This document shows, piece by piece, positions 30,002 to 39,204 of a stretch of 64,000 bases of DNA (position 1 is the first letter of the stretch; every line of letters begins with the position of its first letter). The DNA is taken from assembly GCA_963749075.1 (NCBI GenBank), contig CAVVLJ010000016.1, positions 672,001-736,000 on the forward strand, read 5' to 3'. The position numbers and the translations under genes are program-made. Below the pieces are notes generated by a model. The model saw only the letters and a program-made list of their open reading frames with translations, did no database searches and was not told where the DNA came from. Source of the stretch: an uncultured Pseudomonadota bacterium. Lineage in GTDB: Bacteria; Pseudomonadota; Alphaproteobacteria; JACZXZ01.

Positions 30002-30478
30002 TCAATAGCGGTTGCCGCGCTTGTCGGTCCACACGTCGCCCTCGGCCGCCGCGCGCACGTGAAGGTCGACGTCCGGATAGCTGCATTCGTCCTCCATGCT
30101 GCGGCTGCCGATGGCGAGGAAGCGCGCCGTGCGCGCACTGCGGTTGACGAGATGATGCCCATCCGCCTTGCCGGCGGGGAAACCCGCGGCGAGGCCCGGA
30201 GTGAGCGTCTGCTCGCCGGCCTCGGTCACCAGCACGAGCTCGCCCTCGAGCATATAGACGAGCTCGTCCTCGCGGCTGTGCCAGTGCCGCTGGGAGGACC
30301 AGGCGCCGGGCGGCACTTCGACGAGATTGACGCCGAACTGGGTGAGCCCCACGGCCTCGCCGAGGCGGCGCCAGCGGCGCGCGGCGACGGGCGCCTTGAA
30401 TGGCTCGGGATAGCCCGAGCCCGCTTGCTCGGGAAGCGCTCTCGGGTCGAACGCGGGCAGCGTCACGCGCGCGGGCAT
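30002..30478 (-). CDS. Cupin domain protein
   Basis: GLTQFGVN, SSQRHWHSREDE, FPAG...GHHLVN, YPD. Confidence 0.9.
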   Translation of the reverse strand: MPARVTLPAFDPRALPEQAGSGYPEPFKAPVAARRWRRLGEAVGLTQFGVNLVEVPPGAWSSQRHWHSREDELVYMLEGELVLVTEAGEQTLTPGLAAGFPAGKADGHHLVNRSARTARFLAIGSRSMEDECSYPDVDLHVRAAAEGDVWTDKRGNRY

Positions 30479-30497
30479 GGTGAAGCCTCCGTGGCGG

Positions 30498-31691
30498 TCA
30501 GTAGGAGCGCGGCAGGCCGAGCACGTGCTCGGCGATGTAGGAGAGGATGAGGTTGGTCGAGATGGGGGCCACGCGGTAGAGCCGCGTCTCGCGGAACTTG
30601 CGCTCGATGTCGAACTCCTCGGCGAAGCCGAAGCCGCCGTGGGTCTGCACGCACATGTCGGCCGCCTGCCACGCCGCGTCGGCGCCGAGCAGCTTCGCCA
30701 TGTTGGCCTCCTTGCCGCAGGGCTCGCCGCGGTCGAAGAGCAGCGCCGCGCGCTCGACCATGAGGGCCGCCGCCTCGCTCGCCGCATAGGCCTCTGCGAT
30801 GGGGAACTGCACGCCCTGGTTCTGCCCGATGGGGCGGCCGAAGACGTTGCGCTCGCGCGCATAGGCCGTCGCCTTGTCGATGAACCAGCGCGCGTCGCCG
30901 ATGCATTCGCCCGAGATGAGGATGCGCTCGGCGTTCATGCCGTCGAGGATGTAGCGGAAGCCCTTGCCCTCGTCGCCGATGAGGTTGTCTATGGGCACCT
31001 TCATGTCGTCGAAGAACACCTCGGTGGTGGCGTGGTTCATCATGGTGCGGATGGGGCGGATGGTGAGCCCCTTTCCCTTGGCCTCGCGCATGTCGACGAC
31101 GAAGACGGAGAGCCCCTCGGTGCGCTTCCTCGCCTGCTCCTTGGGCGTGGTGCGCGCCAAGAGCAGCATGAGGTCGGAATGCTCGGCGCGCGAGGTCCAT
31201 AGCTTCTGGCCGTTGACGACATAATAGTCGTTGCCCGCGCGCACCGCCGTGGTGCTGAGCGAGAGCGTGTCGGTGCCCGACGTGGGCTCGGTCACGCCGA
31301 AGGCCTGGAGCCTGAGCTCGCCGCGCGCGATGGCGGGCAGCCAGCGTGCCTTCTGCGCCGCGCTGCCGTGCCGGAGAATGGTGCCCATGGTGTACATCTG
31401 GGCGTGGCAGGCGGCACCGTTGCAGCCGCTCCGGTGAACCTCCTCGAGGATGGCGGTGCTTGCTGCGATGCTGAGGCCGCTGCCGCCGTACGTCTCGGGG
31501 ATGAGGGCGGCCAAGTAGCCGGCCTTGGTGAGGGCCGCCACGAACTCGCTGGGATAGCTGCGCTCGCGGTCGCACTTTCGCCAGTATTCGCCTGGGAAGG
31601 CGGCGCAAAGCGCCCGCACGGCGGCGCGGATCTGGAGGATCTCCTCGGCGCTCGTGGCGTGGGGCTGGCTCGCCTCTTCGAGAGCGGTCAT
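30498..31691 (-). CDS. Acyl-CoA dehydrogenase family protein
   Basis: FGVTEPTSGTD, VNGQKLWTS, GMNAERI, QTHGGFG..EE.DIERKFRE. Confidence 0.93.
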   Translation of the reverse strand: MTALEEASQPHATSAEEILQIRAAVRALCAAFPGEYWRKCDRERSYPSEFVAALTKAGYLAALIPETYGGSGLSIAASTAILEEVHRSGCNGAACHAQMYTMGTILRHGSAAQKARWLPAIARGELRLQAFGVTEPTSGTDTLSLSTTAVRAGNDYYVVNGQKLWTSRAEHSDLMLLLARTTPKEQARKRTEGLSVFVVDMREAKGKGLTIRPIRTMMNHATTEVFFDDMKVPIDNLIGDEGKGFRYILDGMNAERILISGECIGDARWFIDKATAYARERNVFGRPIGQNQGVQFPIAEAYAASEAAALMVERAALLFDRGEPCGKEANMAKLLGADAAWQAADMCVQTHGGFGFAEEFDIERKFRETRLYRVAPISTNLILSYIAEHVLGLPRSY

Positions 31692-31850
31692 CGGCGCACC
31701 ATCGGCTTCATGCGCCGCAGTCAAGCCGGATTTGCCGCGGAGCGCAAGGGCGGCGAGGCAGGTCCGAGGCGGTGTCAAGGCGGCAAAAAACCTACTAAGC
31801 TGGCGCCGGCCTCGATGCCGCAAGAAGCTCAGGCGAAGGGAGGATCGGAC

Positions 31851-33119
31851 ATGAAGCTGTTGTGGTTCCACCTCATGCCCTATACCGAGCTGCCCGACGA
31901 CTTCCGTCAGAAGCACCCCTCCGTCTGGGTCGACATCCACTCCTCTCTCTTCGACCCCCGCCGGGCGCACCTCATGTACAACGACTTCATGGACGAGCTG
32001 GAGTTCGCGGCCGAGTGCGGCTTCGATGCGATATGCGTCAACGAGCACCATTCGAACGGCTATGGGCTCATGCCGTCGCCCAACCTGATCGCGACGGCGC
32101 TGGCACGGCGCACCACCGATACGGCGCTCTGCGTGATGGGCAACTCGCTGGCGCTTTACAATCCGCCGACGCGGGTGGCCGAGGAATTCGCCATGATCGA
32201 CTGCATCTCCGGCGGCCGGCTGATCGCCGGCTTTCCGGTCGGCACGCCGATGGACACCTGCTTCGCCTACGGCCAGAACCCCAGCATGCTCCGCGAGCGC
32301 TACCTCGAGGCGCACGATCTGGTGATGCGCGCGTGGCGGGAGACGGAGACCTTCGCCTTCGACGGCCGCTTCAACCAGCAGCGCTACGTCAACATCTGGC
32401 CGAGGCCCGTGCAGAAGCCGCACCCGCCGGTGTGGATACCCGGCGGCGGCTCCGTCGAGACCTGGCAATGGTGTGCCGAGATGGACTACGTCTACTGCTA
32501 TCTCTCCTACTACGGCTACAAGACGGGCCAGGCGACCATGCAGGGCTTCTGGGACGAGATGGCCCGCCTCGGCAAGGACCGCAATCCCTATCGCGCCGGC
32601 TTCCTGCAGTTCGTCGGCGTGGCGGAGAGCCGCGCCGAGGCGATGCGTCTCTACCGCGCGCCGGCCGAGTATTTCTACGGCCGCTGCCTGCACGTCGACC
32701 CGCGCTTCGCGGCACCTCCCGGTTACAGCAGCGAGGCGACCCAGCGCATGGGCTTGCAGAGCCAGGTGGCCAGGGCCGCGACCTCCTCCTCGGCCGCCCG
32801 CTTCAGCAATCTGGCGCAGACCATGGAGGAGATCGTCGAGCGCGGCTACGTCGTCGTCGGCTCGCCGGACGAGGTGGCGGAGAAGCTCGAGGAGGTCGCG
32901 CGCACGCTCAACGTCGGGCATCTCATGCTGCTCATGCAGTACGGCAACATGGGCAAGGAGCTGACCCAGTACAACACCCGGCTCTTCGCCGAGCGGGTGT
33001 TGCCCCGGTTGCGGCCGCTCTTCTCCGAGTGGGAGGACCGCTGGTGGCCGCAGCCGATGGCGCGCCGCGAGCGCGCGGCGCTCCCGGCCTTCTCTCCTCG
33101 ACCGGCTGCCGCCGAGTAG
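31851..33119 (+). CDS. LLM-class (luciferase-like) flavin-dependent oxidoreductase
   Basis: GFDAICVNEHH, PSPNL, RVAEEFAMID.ISGGRL, WPRPVQKPHPP, VGSPDEV. Confidence 0.9.
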   Translation: MKLLWFHLMPYTELPDDFRQKHPSVWVDIHSSLFDPRRAHLMYNDFMDELEFAAECGFDAICVNEHHSNGYGLMPSPNLIATALARRTTDTALCVMGNSLALYNPPTRVAEEFAMIDCISGGRLIAGFPVGTPMDTCFAYGQNPSMLRERYLEAHDLVMRAWRETETFAFDGRFNQQRYVNIWPRPVQKPHPPVWIPGGGSVETWQWCAEMDYVYCYLSYYGYKTGQATMQGFWDEMARLGKDRNPYRAGFLQFVGVAESRAEAMRLYRAPAEYFYGRCLHVDPRFAAPPGYSSEATQRMGLQSQVARAATSSSAARFSNLAQTMEEIVERGYVVVGSPDEVAEKLEEVARTLNVGHLMLLMQYGNMGKELTQYNTRLFAERVLPRLRPLFSEWEDRWWPQPMARRERAALPAFSPRPAAAE

Positions 33120-33126
33120 CGCAAGC

Positions 33127-33909
33127 GTGAGCGAGCCGGAAACCTCGACCGTCAGCGTGAACGGCTTTCCCGCGCGCGTCTGGCGCAAAGGGAGCGGCCC
33201 CAAGCTCGGCTTCCTCGCGGGCTTCGGCGGGCTCACGCGCTGGGTCCCCTTCCTCGACCGTCTGGCGCTCGCCCGCACGGTGATCGTCCCCTCGCTGCCG
33301 GGCTTCCCCGGCGGCGACCGCGGGCACCGGGTGCTGGACAGCCATCTGGACTGGCTCCTCGCGGTCCGCGCGTTGCTCCTGGAGGCGGGTCTGGCCGGTG
33401 CCGACCTTGCGGGCAGCTCGGTCGGTGCCGCGTTCGCCGCCGAGATGGCCGCCCTTTGGCCGGACTCGGTGCGGCGCTTGGCGCTCATAGCACCCTTCGG
33501 TCTCTTCGAGGCGAGCGACCCGCCGGCCGATCCTTGGGCGCAGCGCTCGGATGGGCTCGCAGCACTGATGTGCGCCGACCCGGAGAAATGGCAGGAGCTC
33601 AAGACGGCGCCGCCCGGCGCCAACTCCGTCGAGTGGCCGATCGAGCAGACGCGCGCGAGCGAGGCGGCGGCGCGGATTTTCTGGCCGCTCGGCAACACGC
33701 GGCTCGAGAAGCGCCTGCCGCTCATCAAGGCGCCGACCTTGCTGCTGTGGGGCGAGGAGGACCGCTTGATACCGCGCGGCTACGCGAAGCGCTTCGCCGC
33801 CGGCATCGCTGCACCGAGTGCGATACGCACGATTGCCGGTGCCGGACACCTCGCGGAGCTGGATAAGCCGCAGGAGGTGGCCGAGGCCATCCTCGAGTGG
33901 CTGGCTTAG
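33127..33909 (+). CDS. Alpha/beta fold hydrolase
   Basis: PSLPGF, GSSVG, PTLLLWGEED, AGH. Confidence 0.85.
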   Translation: MSEPETSTVSVNGFPARVWRKGSGPKLGFLAGFGGLTRWVPFLDRLALARTVIVPSLPGFPGGDRGHRVLDSHLDWLLAVRALLLEAGLAGADLAGSSVGAAFAAEMAALWPDSVRRLALIAPFGLFEASDPPADPWAQRSDGLAALMCADPEKWQELKTAPPGANSVEWPIEQTRASEAAARIFWPLGNTRLEKRLPLIKAPTLLLWGEEDRLIPRGYAKRFAAGIAAPSAIRTIAGAGHLAELDKPQEVAEAILEWLA

Positions 33910-33919
33910 GAGGCCTGCC

Positions 33920-34867
33920 ATGCCCATCGATCCCGACGCCCAGCGGGTCCTCGACCTGATCGCCGAATCCGCCCGCCCGCCCTACGAGACGCTGGCCGTG
34001 GCGGAGGCGCGGCGGCTCTATCTCGCCTCGCGCTCAGTACTCCAGCCCGACCCGCCGGAGGTGGCCGAGGTGCGCGAGACAAGGATGCCCGGGCCGGCTG
34101 GCGAGTTGCGGCTGCGTCTCTACCGAGGTGCCGGGACCGCGGCTTCGGCGACGCTGCCCTGTCTCCTCTACTACCACGGCGGCGGCTGGGTGATCGGGGA
34201 TCTCGACAGCCATGACGGCGTCTGCCGCCGCATTGCCAACGGAGCACTTTGCCGCGTCGTCTCGCTCGATTACCGCCTCGGGCCGGAGGAGCGCTTTCCC
34301 GCCGCGGTCGAGGACGCGGCGGCGGCGCTCGACTGGCTGGCGAGGAGCGCTACGTCGCTCGGCATCGATGCGGCGCGCGTGGCCGTCGGCGGCGACAGCG
34401 CGGGCGGCAATCTCGCGGCGGTCGCCTCCCTGATGGCGCGCGACGGCGAGCTGCCGATGCCGTGCTTCCAGCTCTTGATCTATCCCGCCACCGACCTCAC
34501 GGCGACGCACGCCTCCTACGCGCGCGTCATGGAGGGGTTTCCACTGACGACGCGCACGGTGAAGTGGTTCCGCGGCCACTATCTCAGGGACGCGCGCGAT
34601 GAGCTCGATTGGCGCGCCTCGCCGTTGCGCGCCGCGAGCCTCGCGGGGACGCCGCCGGCTTTCGTGCTCACGGCCGGCCATGACCCGCTCGCGGACGAGG
34701 GCATCGACTACGCGCGCCGCCTCGACCGGGAGGGCGTGCGCGCCTGCCACATGCATTTCGCCGACCAGATGCACGGCTTCCTGACGATGGGGCGGATCAT
34801 CCGGGCGACCGAGGTGGCGCTCGAGGCGATCTCAGCGGCGCTGCGCCGCGCGTGGCTGCCGGCCTGA
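33920..34867 (+). CDS. HSL-family (family IV) esterase/lipase
   Basis: HGGGW, DYRL.PE, GDSAGG, DPLADEG, HGF. Confidence 0.93.
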   Translation: MPIDPDAQRVLDLIAESARPPYETLAVAEARRLYLASRSVLQPDPPEVAEVRETRMPGPAGELRLRLYRGAGTAASATLPCLLYYHGGGWVIGDLDSHDGVCRRIANGALCRVVSLDYRLGPEERFPAAVEDAAAALDWLARSATSLGIDAARVAVGGDSAGGNLAAVASLMARDGELPMPCFQLLIYPATDLTATHASYARVMEGFPLTTRTVKWFRGHYLRDARDELDWRASPLRAASLAGTPPAFVLTAGHDPLADEGIDYARRLDREGVRACHMHFADQMHGFLTMGRIIRATEVALEAISAALRRAWLPA

Positions 34868-34877
34868 TCGAGGGAAT

Positions 34878-35927
34878 TTACGGCTTCAGGATCGCGCGCC
34901 CGACGATGCGGCCGCCCTTGAGCTCGTTGAGGGTCGCTTCGGCCTCGGCGAGAGGGCGCGGGCTCAAGGGTATGGCCTCGACCGAGCCGGCCCTGACGAG
35001 CGCCATCAGCTCGGCCATCTCGGCGAGCGTGCCGACATAGGAGCCCTGGATCGCCACCGCGCGCAGCGGCAGCATGGGGAGCGGAGTTTGGAAGGCGCCG
35101 CCGAAGAGCCCGACGACGACGAGCACGCCGCCCTTGCGCAGCACCTCGAAGCCGAACTTGGCCGTGGCCTCGGCGCCCACGAAGTCGATCGCCGCGGCGA
35201 CGCCGCCGCCCGTCGCCTTGACGAGATTGCGCGCCGCGTCGGCGGCTGCCGGATCGATGGTCGCCTCGGCGCCCGCCGAGAAGGCGGCGGCGCGCTTTGC
35301 CTCGTCGATGTCGGCGACGATGGGCGCCACCCCGGTTACCCGCTTGGCAAGGCGCACGCCGGCCAGGCCCACGCCGCCCGCGCCGATGACGAGGAGTGGA
35401 TCGTCGCCGTCGAGCGGCGCCACCTTCTTGAGTGCTGAATAGGCGGTGAGGCCCGAGCAGGCATAGGTGCAGGCGAGCTCCTCGGGTACCGAGCCGAAAG
35501 CGAAGAGATAGCGCGGATGGGGCACCAGCACGTGGTCGGCGAAGCCGCCCGGCACGTTGATGCCGAGCTGGCGCGGCCGCGCGCAGAGCTCCTCATGGCC
35601 GCGGCGGCACACGGCGCATGCGCCGCAGCCGATCCAGGGATAGGCAACGCGGCGCTCGCCGAGGCTCACTCCCTTCGCCTCGGGCCCTAAGGCCACCACC
35701 TCGCCCGCGATCTCGTGGCCGAGCACGTGGGGCAGCGGAATGCCGCGCGAGAGATCGAGCTTGCGCTCGTTGCCGAGGGCGAAATAGCCGTCGCGCAGAT
35801 GGAGGTCGCTGTGGCAGACGCCGCAGGCGGTCACGCGCAGCAGCACCTCGCTTCCCTTGGGCTCCGGCGTCGCCGATTTGGCCTCTTCAAGCGCAGCACC
35901 GAAGGCCGTGAGTTGATAGCTCCGCAT
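34878..35927 (-). CDS. Zinc-dependent alcohol dehydrogenase
   Basis: CGVCHSD, GHE, CGACAVC......LC, GAGGVG. Confidence 0.93.
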   Translation of the reverse strand: MRSYQLTAFGAALEEAKSATPEPKGSEVLLRVTACGVCHSDLHLRDGYFALGNERKLDLSRGIPLPHVLGHEIAGEVVALGPEAKGVSLGERRVAYPWIGCGACAVCRRGHEELCARPRQLGINVPGGFADHVLVPHPRYLFAFGSVPEELACTYACSGLTAYSALKKVAPLDGDDPLLVIGAGGVGLAGVRLAKRVTGVAPIVADIDEAKRAAAFSAGAEATIDPAAADAARNLVKATGGGVAAAIDFVGAEATAKFGFEVLRKGGVLVVVGLFGGAFQTPLPMLPLRAVAIQGSYVGTLAEMAELMALVRAGSVEAIPLSPRPLAEAEATLNELKGGRIVGRAILKP

Positions 35928-35950
35928 CGCGTGGTCTCCTCGTGGAAGTT

Positions 35951-36039
35951 CACCCCCCACTCTACCCTCCCCCTCAAGGGGGGAGGGGAAGCTGAGTAGC
36001 CCCCTCCCCCCTTGAGGGGGAGGGATGGGGAGGGGGGTG
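35951..36039. repeat. Inverted doublet of a variant hairpin repeat
   Basis: CACCCCCCACtctaCCCTCCCCC-tcaa-GGGGGGAGGG ... CCCTCCCCCC-ttga-GGGGGAGGGatggGGAGGGGGGTG. Confidence 0.82.
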
Positions 36040-36047
36040 CATTCCGT

Positions 36048-37913
36048 TCATGACGCGGCACTCGAGACTACCAGCGCGAGCCGAATGATCTCCGCGTCCT
36101 CGCCGTAGAGCCGCTCGACGAGGGCGGCGCGGCGCTCGAGCACGGCGCGCTGGTTGATATAGCCCTTGTCGGTGATCTCGCCGGCGTCGATCGACGGCGG
36201 CTCGACCATGAGAAGGGCGGCTGCGACGCGCCGGCTCGAGGCAGGGTTCGCCTCGTTGTGCGCTATGAGCCCGGCCGAGAGCTTGCCCCGCACCTCGGGC
36301 CGGGCGACGAGCTCGGCGAGCGGCGTGTCATGGGCGGCGTCGCGGCAGAGCGTGCGGCAGCCCGCCGGGTTGGGAAAGACGAGGATGGCGATCTCGCCAC
36401 GGTCGTGGCCAGCAATCACGATGTCCTGCGCCACCGGCGCGGCGGCCGTGAGCAGCTCCGTCCGCAGCTCGCCGACATGCACCCAGCTCCCGGAGCTGAG
36501 CTTGAAGTTCTCGGCGAGGCGGCCGTCGAAGAGGATGCCCTGCTGCGGGTCGCACGCATCGGCGAGCTTGCCCGCGTCGCCCATCTTGAGGAAGCCGTCC
36601 TCGTCGAAGAGGCCCGCCGTGAGCTCGGGCCGCCGCCAATAGCCGGGTGTCACGCAGGGTCCCTTGACGCGCAGCTCGAGCTTGCTGCCCACGGGTGCCA
36701 GCTTGATCTCGGTGCCGGGGCCGGGCAGGCCGATGACGCCCGGCCGCTCGATGATGAAATGCACCTTGGTGGCGCTCGGCGCCGTCTCGGTCGAGCCCCA
36801 GGCCGCGAGCATGGGAATGCGCCGGCCGGTCGCCGCGATCGAGAGCCGCTCGAGCCGCTCCCAGAGATGCTGCGGCAAGGCGGCCGCGGCGTAGAAGATC
36901 ATGTCGAGCTCGCGGAAGAAGGTCGCCCGCAATGCCGCATCGCGCTCGAGGTAGGGGACCAGCATGTCGTAACCGCGCGGCACGTTGAAATGGATGGTGG
37001 CGCTGACCTCACTGAGGTTCTTGACCGTGGTCTCGATCAGCCCGGGCGCCGGCTTGCCGCCGTCGATATAGAGAGTGCCGCCGTTGCGGATGACCAGGTT
37101 GAAGTTGTGGTTGCCGCCGAAGGTGTGGTTCCACGGCAGCCAATCGACGAGCACCGGCGGCCGCTCGGCAAGGAACGGCCAGAGCTGTGCTATCGCCTGC
37201 TGGTTGGAGACGAGCATGCGCTGGGTATTGATGACGCCCTTGGGCCGGCCCGTCGAGCCCGAGGTGAAGAGTATCTTGGCGATGGTGTCGGGCCCCACCT
37301 CGGCGGCGGCGCGCGCCACGGCCGCACCGGGCGGCCGCGCCATGAGCTCGGCGAAGGCGGTCGCCTTGCGGCCGGGCGGCGGGTTGCTGCTCACCGCGAG
37401 CTCGCAGGTCTCCGGCACGGCGGCGGCGATGGCAGCCGAATATCGGGCGCCGTCGGCGGCAAAGACAAGGCCGGGCCGCACCAGCTCGACGATATATTTG
37501 AGCTGGCCGTGGTCGCGCGACATCAGGGAATAGGCGGGCGACACCGGCACGACGGGGATGCCCACCTGCATCGCCGCGAGCGAGAGGAGGGCGAAGTCGA
37601 TGCCGTTGTCGGAGAGGATCATGACCGGCCGCTCGCCGTCGAGGCCGCGCTCGAGGAGGGCCGCCGCGATGCGCTCGACCGCGGCGAGCGCCTCGCCGTA
37701 GCTCACCTTGCGCCAGCTCCCGCCGGGCGCGCGCTCGGCGAAGAGCGTGCGCGCGGGCGCCCGCTCGGCCCACCCCGCAAGGAGCTCGCCGATGCTGCGC
37801 GGGTAGGGTGCGAGCTCCTGGCGCGCGCGCAGCACGAGCCCGCCGCCGGGAAGCGCGCGGCTCTCGATGTCCGGGCGGGCCAGGCTCAAGGGCTTGTAAG
37901 GCGGCTTCGCCAT
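36048..37913 (-). CDS. fcs: Feruloyl-CoA synthase-like acyl-CoA ligase
   Basis: FTSGSTGRPKG, DWLPWNHTFGG, FNVPRG, WGSTET, GEITDKGYINQRAVL. Confidence 0.85.
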   Translation of the reverse strand: MAKPPYKPLSLARPDIESRALPGGGLVLRARQELAPYPRSIGELLAGWAERAPARTLFAERAPGGSWRKVSYGEALAAVERIAAALLERGLDGERPVMILSDNGIDFALLSLAAMQVGIPVVPVSPAYSLMSRDHGQLKYIVELVRPGLVFAADGARYSAAIAAAVPETCELAVSSNPPPGRKATAFAELMARPPGAAVARAAAEVGPDTIAKILFTSGSTGRPKGVINTQRMLVSNQQAIAQLWPFLAERPPVLVDWLPWNHTFGGNHNFNLVIRNGGTLYIDGGKPAPGLIETTVKNLSEVSATIHFNVPRGYDMLVPYLERDAALRATFFRELDMIFYAAAALPQHLWERLERLSIAATGRRIPMLAAWGSTETAPSATKVHFIIERPGVIGLPGPGTEIKLAPVGSKLELRVKGPCVTPGYWRRPELTAGLFDEDGFLKMGDAGKLADACDPQQGILFDGRLAENFKLSSGSWVHVGELRTELLTAAAPVAQDIVIAGHDRGEIAILVFPNPAGCRTLCRDAAHDTPLAELVARPEVRGKLSAGLIAHNEANPASSRRVAAALLMVEPPSIDAGEITDKGYINQRAVLERRAALVERLYGEDAEIIRLALVVSSAAS

Positions 37914-38040
37914 GGTGCCTTTTCCGTGCGCATCGGTTCCATCTCAGCGCATCGCATCCGGCCTGTCGAGGGGCTTCGCTATGAATGACGTGCATTTTGG
38001 TGTAGTCACCGCCGAAGGTCGGAGGTGTGATGCCGAGTTA

Positions 38041-38209
38041 TCCCTCACCCTCCCATCCCTTCGGGATGGGCCCCTCATCGATCCGCTTCGCGGCTCGATC
38101 CCGCAAGCGGGAGAGGGATTTCGGCATACGCCATCGATGCCTTCGATACCCTCTCCCGCTTGCGGGAGAGGGAAGGGGCCCATCGCACAGCGATGGGAAG
38201 GGTGAGGGA
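38041..38209. repeat. Inverted doublet of hairpin+GGTGAGG repeat, left half interrupted by a small hairpin
   Basis: TCCCTCACCCT-CCCATCCC-ttc-GGGATGGG...CCCGCAAGCGGGAGAGGG ... CCCTCTCCCGC-tt-GCGGGAGAGGG-aagggg-CCCATCGC-aca-GCGATGGG-AAGGGTGAGGGA. Confidence 0.88.
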
Positions 38210-38223
38210 ATGCCCGCTCTCCC

Positions 38224-39183
38224 ATGACCGCGCGCACTCTCAACCGGCTCACGCTCGCGGCGAGCCTCGTCGTCCTCGCCGCCGCCGCCTATGTGCTCGA
38301 GCGCAATCTCGCGACCATGCGCCTCGCGGATTTGATCGCCAACCTGCGCGCAATGCCTTGGCTGCGCGTAGCCGGCGCCCTTCTCTGCAGTGCCGCGAGC
38401 TATGCGGTGCTCACGGCCTATGACTATCTGGCGCTCCGCTACATCGGCCGCAGCCTGCCGTTCCGCAAGGTGGCCTTCACGTCCTTCGTCGCCTTCGCGA
38501 TCAGCCAGAACATCGGTGCCGCACTCGTGAGCGGCGGCTCGGTGCGCTACCGTATCTATTCGGCTCTCGGCCTCGGTCTGCGAGAGATCGCCGAGATCGT
38601 GGTGTTCTGCGCCGTGACTTTCGCACTCGGCGTCACCACGGTCGGCGGGCTCATGCTGGCGCTCTATCCGCGCGAGGTGGCGCACGTTCTCGCCATTGCG
38701 CCCGCCTCGATGCGCGCCTTGGGCGCCGTCCTCCTCGCCGCCGGCCTCCTCTATCTCGCCGCCTCGCTCCTCTGGCGCGGCCCCATAGCACTTGGCCGCT
38801 ACCGGCTGCGCCTGCCGAGCTTCGCCTCGGGTGTCGCACAGATGACGGTGGCATCGGTCGATCTCGCGCTGTCGGGCGCCGTCGTCTATCTCCTCCTGCC
38901 GCTCGATGCGGACGTGAGCTACAGGAGCTTCCTCGCCGTCTACGTGCTCGCGGCGGCGGCCTCGATCCTCTCCCACGTGCCGGGCGGCCTCGGCGTTTTC
39001 GAGCTGGTGATCGTGGTCATGCTGCCCGCGGTGCCCAAGGCCGCCTCGATGGCGGCACTCGTCGGCTTCCGCTGCCTCTATTTCCTGCTGCCGCTTGCCT
39101 TGGCGCTCGCCGCCATGGCGCTCTATGAGCTCTCGCGCGGGGAGCGCGCGCTCGAGCAGCGGCTCAAGGGGCGGGAGCGCTGA
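38224..39183 (+). CDS. Lysylphosphatidylglycerol synthase TM-region (MprF flippase-like/UPF0104) protein
   Basis: YDYLALRYI, NIG..LVSGGSVRYRIY, SHVPGGLGVFE, FR.LYFLLP. Confidence 0.85.
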   Translation: MTARTLNRLTLAASLVVLAAAAYVLERNLATMRLADLIANLRAMPWLRVAGALLCSAASYAVLTAYDYLALRYIGRSLPFRKVAFTSFVAFAISQNIGAALVSGGSVRYRIYSALGLGLREIAEIVVFCAVTFALGVTTVGGLMLALYPREVAHVLAIAPASMRALGAVLLAAGLLYLAASLLWRGPIALGRYRLRLPSFASGVAQMTVASVDLALSGAVVYLLLPLDADVSYRSFLAVYVLAAAASILSHVPGGLGVFELVIVVMLPAVPKAASMAALVGFRCLYFLLPLALALAAMALYELSRGERALEQRLKGRER

Positions 39184-39204
39184 TCGCCGGCGCCGGCCGC
39201 CGCC

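Noticed and set aside
30498-33728. 1076-aa apparent fusion ending in acyl-CoA dehydrogenase
   Set aside because: The N-terminal part is antisense to the LLM and hydrolase genes; the real start is about 31691.
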